From Chiloscyllium plagiosum (Eukaryota), in contig NC_057718.1 in assembly GCF_004010195.1 (NCBI RefSeq), forward strand, positions 26,163,341 to 26,204,600: 41,260 bases of DNA, read 5' to 3'. The notes beneath the pieces are model-generated. The model did not search any database, was not told the origin of the DNA, and was given only the letters and a program-made list of their open reading frames with translations. Shown one piece after another: positions 35,886 through 41,260 of this stretch (the first letter of the stretch is position 1; each line of letters starts with the position of its first letter). The position numbers and the translations under genes are program-made.

Positions 35886-36306
35886 TCTAGAAGACTAGGC
35901 ATTTCTGACGCAAATGAATGCAGGTCAAATGCACAAGCCTCCCACCTAATCAAATGGCCCCTACCACCAAAACAGCCTGATATATCAATGCAAGTTATTA
36001 TTCTCATGATGTACCTGTCTTTTTTTCCTCACAATTTAAAATTCATATGATTTCCCGTGGTATAGATACTGTAACCTTATTTTGAGGCTGTCTTAACAAC
36101 ATTTCTTTTCAGTTTCCTGCATAACTGTGATCAGTAATAATGTATGTAGTGAGAAGCTGTGATTTTTTTTTTGGCCTCTCAAAGGCAACCTTGGAGTAAT
36201 CATCTTACTCCACAGAGGCTGTACAATAAAGACCTATCAATCACTCATGTTATGGTAGAGAATAAAATGCATTTTATGTACAATTCCATTTGTGGTTATA
36301 TTTTAG

Positions 36307-36438
36307 GTCCTTTGACAGGCTCTAGGACAACACTCGAGGGATCGTTCACCTGTCAGAATGGGGTATCTATTAAACTGAGGCAGCTGTGTGATTTTAACAA
36401 CGACTGCAGCAATGGTGAAGATGAAGGAACGGTCTGCA
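36307..36438 (+). CDS. ALK: Internal coding exon of ALK-family kinase encoding the LDL-receptor class A module (equivalent to human ALK exon 6)
   Basis: ttttag|GT...TGC A|gtgagt, 132 nt, phase 1-1, in frame with the upstream exon (G|GT = Gly). Encodes (G)PLTGSRTTLEGSFTCQNGVSIKLRQLCDFNNDCSNGEDEGTVC with the LDLa FxC...CD...DC..GEDE..C pattern, like human ALK [44 protein letters not shown] (recalled). Confidence 0.9.
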
Positions 36439-36779
36439 GTGAGTTCATTCAGCTTTATTTTTACAGGCATGCTCAGATTACCAGTGATGTCATGACAGAC
36501 AATTAAGTGGTTGCAGTTAAAAAAAAGGTTCCTGTGCTGTATGTACTATGTTGTTAGGCAAAAACAGAACTTTTTTTCTGTTTCCAGTTCACATCAGTTG
36601 ATCTTCAGAGTAAAATTACATCTACCTCTCTGCATAAAAACGTGGAAAGCATTTGTCACACTTCAAAGTGTCTAAATATTAAAAGCAATGAAAAATGACA
36701 GCTATTTCACGCTACTGTATCTGAATCTGATGTTTCTAAACACTTTCGAATCAGAAATCTTCCCTCACTTAAACAATAA

Positions 36780-37180
36780 TGAAACTGTCACCGACTTCAG
36801 GCTAAGTTGACTGCTAGTAATTATACTCAGATCATAAAGTTGCAGATCCCCGTCAACACCTTAAAAACTGAAGAACGAAAGAGCAAAACAAGAGTAAAAT
36901 CCATACGTACATTGCACCTTTTTCAGTGGAAAAAGAAAGCTTTCATGGAGATTACCAATCTTTGCTGCATTCCCTGACCAATCAGCATGTTCCTAACTTG
37001 TCTGAGAATATTGACAGTTAACTCTTACTTGTGCATCTCCCTGTCAACCATGATCCAACCAATTGTCACCCTCTTCTCATGCTGCATAAATTGGTGTTCT
37101 CTTTTTTCAAATCTTGTATCTCAGTGCTGACGAGTGCAAGGTTAAAAAAAAAGTATTGACTTCTTGCCTTCTTTTGACAA
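36780..37180 (+). mobile_element. Possible degenerate 3' end of a second Penelope-like family
   Basis: Repeated ccaat boxes, then ctgacgagtgcaag (hammerhead-core-like, 37127-37140); resemblance only. Confidence 0.3.
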
Positions 37181-37184
37181 GATA

Positions 37185-37385
37185 TTGGGGATGCTAGAAA
37201 TCTGAAATAAAACAGAAAAGACCAGAAATATTCAGCAGACCTGGCAGAATTAGTGGAGTGAAACCCAATTTAACATTTCAGCACTGATTACAGGAGAATT
37301 ACCGGCATGAAATGTTAGCTCTGTTTATATTCCCACAGAAACTTCTCCATATTTTCTCCATATTTTCAGCATTTCCTGTTATTCT
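37185..37385. mobile_element. Degenerate Penelope-derived fold-back element
   Basis: gatgctagaaatctgaaataaaacagaaa..cagcagacctggcag at left and ctccatattttcagcatttcctgttatt at right; same layout as 14659-14823. Confidence 0.6.
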
Positions 37386-37829
37386 TACAGCAGATTAACA
37401 GGTTGTGTATACTGTGGTGCAAGGTTTCTGTCATTGTAAACTAGTAAAACAATTTGACTTGCCAGGAGCTACAGTACAGCAGTTCTATTTGCAACCCTGG
37501 CACTAAATGACACATTATTCAAGACCCAAAATATTATTCTTCTTTCACTTCTGGAAGCTGATTTGCTGTACTGATTTCCTGGATTGATAGTTTCCTTTGA
37601 AATTTATTTATGTATTCCTGTGTATTTGTAACACCCTCAGCATGCTTTAACCACTCCAAAGAATGTTTTTCACGTGGTGAATTACTCTTTTCTCCCATTC
37701 AGCTTTCTAACTATTTTTACTTTTGCTTTTTCTAATCAATCCTTCCTGGCTAACACCCAGCTGAGAAACAGGCAGGCAGGCAAATACCCTATTGTGGTGG
37801 AGACAGGTTCATTCACTCATTGTCTGTGA

Positions 37830-37940
37830 ATATTATCTAATCAACATATTCAGTAATGTTATTACACACCTCTGGAGCAGATAAAATTTGAACCTGGGCC
37901 TCCTACCTCAAACATAGGGATATTACCATTGTTTCACATC
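37830..37940 (-). mobile_element. Short tRNA-headed SINE
   Basis: Reverse strand caatggtaatatccct..ccaGGTTCAAAT (B-box-like)..ctgctccagaggtgtgtaataac. Confidence 0.55.
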
Positions 37941-38499
37941 TTATTCTATGAATATGTCTTTCTGTTTTGAGGAGAAATCTATTGATTTACACATTCTTAT
38001 ATTTATGTGATGATCAACCAGGCTGACTAACCATGTAAGAAATGAAGTAATCTAATGCAGAATTTAAAATGCAAATTACTAAGCATAAAGATGTGTGAAC
38101 TTTGATTCTTCGTACGAGTTTTGAAACAAAGGTTTGGATAAATGCATTTGTACACTGTAACATACCAGTCATTGTCACCTCTGATATTATTGCATTCTGT
38201 ATCGAGGCATGATAGCAGAAGCCATTAAAGTCTCCATGTAGAATATGGTGTCAGGAGTGTGCAGCTGAAATTGTCTGCATTTTAAGAGCTGTAATTAAGC
38301 CAGATACTGTAAGAAACACAAATAATTAAAAACTTTAGTCACAAATTTGTGCTGATTGTGTCAGTATGGTTTGGAATGTTTCAGTCCCTGCTCCTGTAGA
38401 CATACAAAGTGATTTGAGGCAAGGTTGGAACTTCTTTCAGTCTCAATGGGAAATTGTGAGGTAGCCACATAGGTAAATAGAAAATCAGAACAAATAAGG

Positions 38500-38649
38500 G
38501 TAACAAGTTAGTACTGCTCTTTTGTTGCACCAACGAAATGGGTTCAATTCCCACTTCAGGCGACTGTCTCTGTGGAGTTTGCATTGACTGCATGAGTTTC
38601 CTCTGGGTGCTCCAGTTTCCTCCCACAATCCAAAAATGTCCAGGTCAGT
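38500..38649 (+). mobile_element. Truncated, diverged HE1-like SINE
   Basis: gggttcaattccc..gactgtctctgtggagtttgca..tttcctcccacaatccaaaaatgt. Confidence 0.8.
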
Positions 38650-38681
38650 TGAAATGCCAGTAATTACAAAAATTGAGTTTT

Positions 38682-39002
38682 GGGCGGCACAATGGCTCAG
38701 TGGTTAGCACTGCTGCCTCACAGCACCAGGGTCCCAGGTTCAATTCCAGCCTTGGGTGACTGTCTGTGTGGAGTTTGCACATTCTCCCCGTGTCTGCGTG
38801 GGTTTCCTCTGGGTGCTCTGGTTTCCTCCCACAGTCCAAAGATGTGCAGGTTAGGTGAACTGGCCATGCTAAATTGTCCATAGTGTTAGGTGCATCAGTC
38901 AGGGAAATGGATCTGGGTGGATTACTCTTCGGAGGGTCGGTGTGGACTTGTTGGGCTGAAGGGCCTGTTTCCACACTGTAGGGAATCTAATCTAATCTAA
39001 TC
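38682..39002 (+). mobile_element. Full-length HE1-like SINE
   Basis: gggcggcacaaTGGCTCAGTGG, GGTTCAATTCC, core tgtgtggagtttgcacattctccccgtgtctgcgtgggtttcct, (aatct)n tail. Confidence 0.95.
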
Positions 39003-39009
39003 AAAAGTA

Positions 39010-39215
39010 AAGAGTAGCTCGAGAAAGAGTGCCTGAATTATATTGAAAGTGTTATTGTTTTCAAGAGGAGTCAGGTATGATTCTTAGTAATAAAGGAATC
39101 AAAGGGTTTGGGAATAAAGCACGAATGAGATGATCAGCCATGATCATATTGAATAGTAGAGCAGGTTCAAAGGGCCAAATATCCTACTCCTGCTGCTATT
39201 TCCTATGATTATGTT
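39010..39215 (+). mobile_element. CR1 3' tail fragment
   Basis: gattcttagtaataaaggaatcaaaggg..gatcagccatgatcatattgaatagtagagcaggttcaaagggccaaatatcctactcctgct. Confidence 0.75.
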
Positions 39216-39219
39216 TCTG

Positions 39220-40810
39220 TACACCCTGAACATCACTGAGGAGCAGACAAAAGCCTGACTGGAGGAATCTTGAAGACCTTGAAGATGGTATGAAATTTTT
39301 CACTGATGTTCTTTATAAACAGTAAAGCTCAAGAGGTGATAGAGAGTATTAATCACTTAGTGACTTGACTGCAACGTCTCGCCGAACCTTGAGAGTCTGG
39401 GCAACTAAAAGATGGTCATATCAAAAATAAGATTATCTCAGCGATGGGACATCCAGGTTGAGAACATGTCTGGTGAGAAAGCTGACGACTAATGCTGAAG
39501 CTCTGTGGTTGTCAATTATCAGCTAGAGAGCAATAGTGGAAGAATTTCTGAGACTTTGTGCTATTCTGTGAGACAGTCCAGGCCTAACAAAAAAATGGAA
39601 GATGTATTTCACAAAGGGTCAGCAAAAAGCTCAACATAGAGACAGCAGAGTTCGAGCTGCAAGATACTAAAGAAACTTTGCCTGCAAGTGCTTTGCTGGA
39701 AAGGAGCAAAGCAAGTCTGTAAAGGTAGCTTCTGTAAAAATGACAGAAATTGATTGATGAATCCCTTTATACTGTAGAACAGGATTGACTCAGTCCAATC
39801 TTGAGGTGATAAGTGGTTTATGATTGTCAGGATGATGACTGCATGAGAACACCAAGTGAATATAATGTCAGATAGATCCCAGTAATTTGTACAACATTAT
39901 GAGTTTCACGAACTGAAGCTATGTGAAATGTGATAGTCCAAAAATAATGCCATTGAAGGTAAAATTGAGACTATGCAATGCAATGATATTCATCTCGAGC
40001 GGACAAACAAAACTGAGAACTCAATACGATGACGGGAATGAAGAGATGCAGATCTAGATGGTAGATGCGAGGGAAAATCCACTTATCTCAACTGAAACAA
40101 ATCCAAAGGTTGGACTGATAATCCTATATGTACCAGAAGAGATTTGTCATGTTTCACAGAGCATCAAGCTGAAGAGATCCCATAACATTGCAGTGCTGGT
40201 TTTACAATGTTTTCCTGATGAATATCATTTCAACATAAATGACCATGTGGGACTGAGTCTGTATGTGTTGTAGAGAGATTCAGGACAGAGGACTTGAAAA
40301 GAAGGAATAATTAAGAAATAGTTTGATTAGCAGCATGGTAGCAATGAAAAAGGTTTAGAAAGCTAAGAATATGTGTAGGTACAAAGGGATTTCAATAAAG
40401 CTTTGAGGAGATCTCAAAACTCAATGCCAACCATAGGGGAAATATTGTCATGAATTGTAGAGATAAAAATCTTTACAAACCTAGATGCACAAGACGGATA
40501 CTGGCAAGTGAAATTGTTTGAAAGCAGCAGTTTTCTGACTGCAACCTGCATGCTAGTTTCATCTGGGAGATAAAATGGTTGTGCAGGCTTTGGCATTTTC
40601 ACTTCTCTGCTCGAGTATCAATGCAGACAATATGTGATAGTCAGCACTCTTCGAGGAATGCAAGTGATGGTGGAGATCGGCTAGTTTATAAGTGTGTAGA
40701 CATGATGGAAGAAGCCATTATCAGCCACAAATTGAACCTAGTGAGACTGTGATAAAGAACTCATCAGATGAACCTCATCATGAACAAGACAAAATGTAAC
40801 TGAAGATGGG
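39220..40810 (+). mobile_element. Degenerate Ty3/Gypsy LTR-retrotransposon internal region (RT clear; gag/protease presumed)
   Basis: ~40380-40550 reads RDFNKALRRSQNSMPTIGEIL then KIFTNLDAQDGYWQVKLFESSSFLT (Gypsy FSKLD..GYWQ motif); later MEEAIISHKLNLVRL..MNLIMNKTKC; many stops. Absent from the ORF track. Confidence 0.8.
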
Positions 40811-40812
40811 AT

Positions 40813-41260
40813 TAGAGTGGTGCTGGAAGAGCACACCAGTTCAGGCAGCATCCGAGGATCAGTAAAATCGACGATTCGGGCAAAAGCCCTTCAGCAGGAA
40901 TACAGGCAGAGAGCCTGAAGGGTGGAGAGATAAGTGAGAGGAGGGTGAGGGTGGGGAGAAAGTAGCATTGAGTACAATAGGTGAATGGGGGAGGGGATGA
41001 AGGTGATAGGTCGGAGGGGGGAAGGGTGGAGTGGATAGGTGGAAAAAAAGATAGGCAAGTAGGACAAGTCATGGGGACAGTGCTGAGCTGGAAGTTTGGA
41101 ACTGGGGTGAGGTGGGGGAAGGGGAAATGAGGAAACTGTTGAAGTCCACATTGATGCCCTGGGGTTAAAGTGTTCTGAGGCGGAAGATGAGGCATTCTTC
41201 CTCCAGGTGTCTGGTAGTGAAGGAGCGGTGGTGAAGGAGGCCCAGGACCTCCATGTCCTC
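40813..41260 (-). mobile_element. Penelope-like element 3' end (GIY-YIG C-terminus and terminal repeat), runs off the window
   Basis: Reverse strand HLEEECLIFRLRTL*PQGINVDFNSF, homologous to 30470-30560; C-rich UTR; terminal gtggtgctggaagagcacaccagttcaggcagcatccgagg. Confidence 0.88.

Larger units (their letters stand above)
21117..36306 (+). other. GT-AG intron (15,190 bp including a 670-N gap) between the two ALK-family exons
   Basis: Starts gtaaat, ends ttttag; phases of the flanking exons are compatible; no intervening exon recognised. Confidence 0.8.

Noticed and set aside
36159..36506. 115-aa ORF as a standalone gene
   Set aside because: Only 36307-36438 is domain-like and bounded by splice sites; the flanks are intron read-through.
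38682..38760. tRNA gene (also at other A/B-box sites)
   Set aside because: The tRNA-like head runs into SINE core and tail and recurs in diverged copies; these are SINEs.
40920..41125. G-quadruplex-prone G-rich tract
   Set aside because: Explained as the complement of the Penelope C-rich UTR; no evidence of a separate function.
1..41260. CRISPR array, retron or other prokaryotic RT defence system
   Set aside because: DNA is vertebrate; there is no regular repeat-spacer array, and all RT motifs belong to CR1, L2, Penelope or Gypsy elements.

Overview
Eukaryotic, AT-rich vertebrate DNA. The repeat content (tRNA-derived HE1/V-SINE-like elements, CR1 LINEs sharing their 3' tail, Penelope-like elements) points to a cartilaginous fish, probably a shark; this is inferred from the repeats, not from a database search. 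The window is essentially intronic sequence of a + strand receptor tyrosine kinase gene of the ALK/LTK family. Two internal coding exons, neither called correctly by the ORF track, lie at 20983-21116 (end of the first MAM domain) and 36307-36438 (LDL-receptor class A module), joined in frame across a 15,190-bp intron. The rest is a nested collection of mostly dead mobile elements: many CR1 LINE fragments (one young 3-kb copy spans a 670-N assembly gap), 8 HE1-like SINE copies, Penelope-like retroelements and their short fold-back derivatives, solo-LTR-like pieces, a degenerate Gypsy internal region, and L2 and DeuSINE-type fragments. The most unusual signals are (i) repeated minimal hammerhead-ribozyme-like cores (CUGANGA-A-stem-GAAA) in Penelope termini and derivatives, and (ii) a ~420-bp A-B-C-B'-A'-C'-B' inverted rearrangement at 14598-15019 that carries such a core on both strands. 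I cannot support a new multi-gene system here. Exon coordinates were counted base by base; repeat boundaries are approximate.
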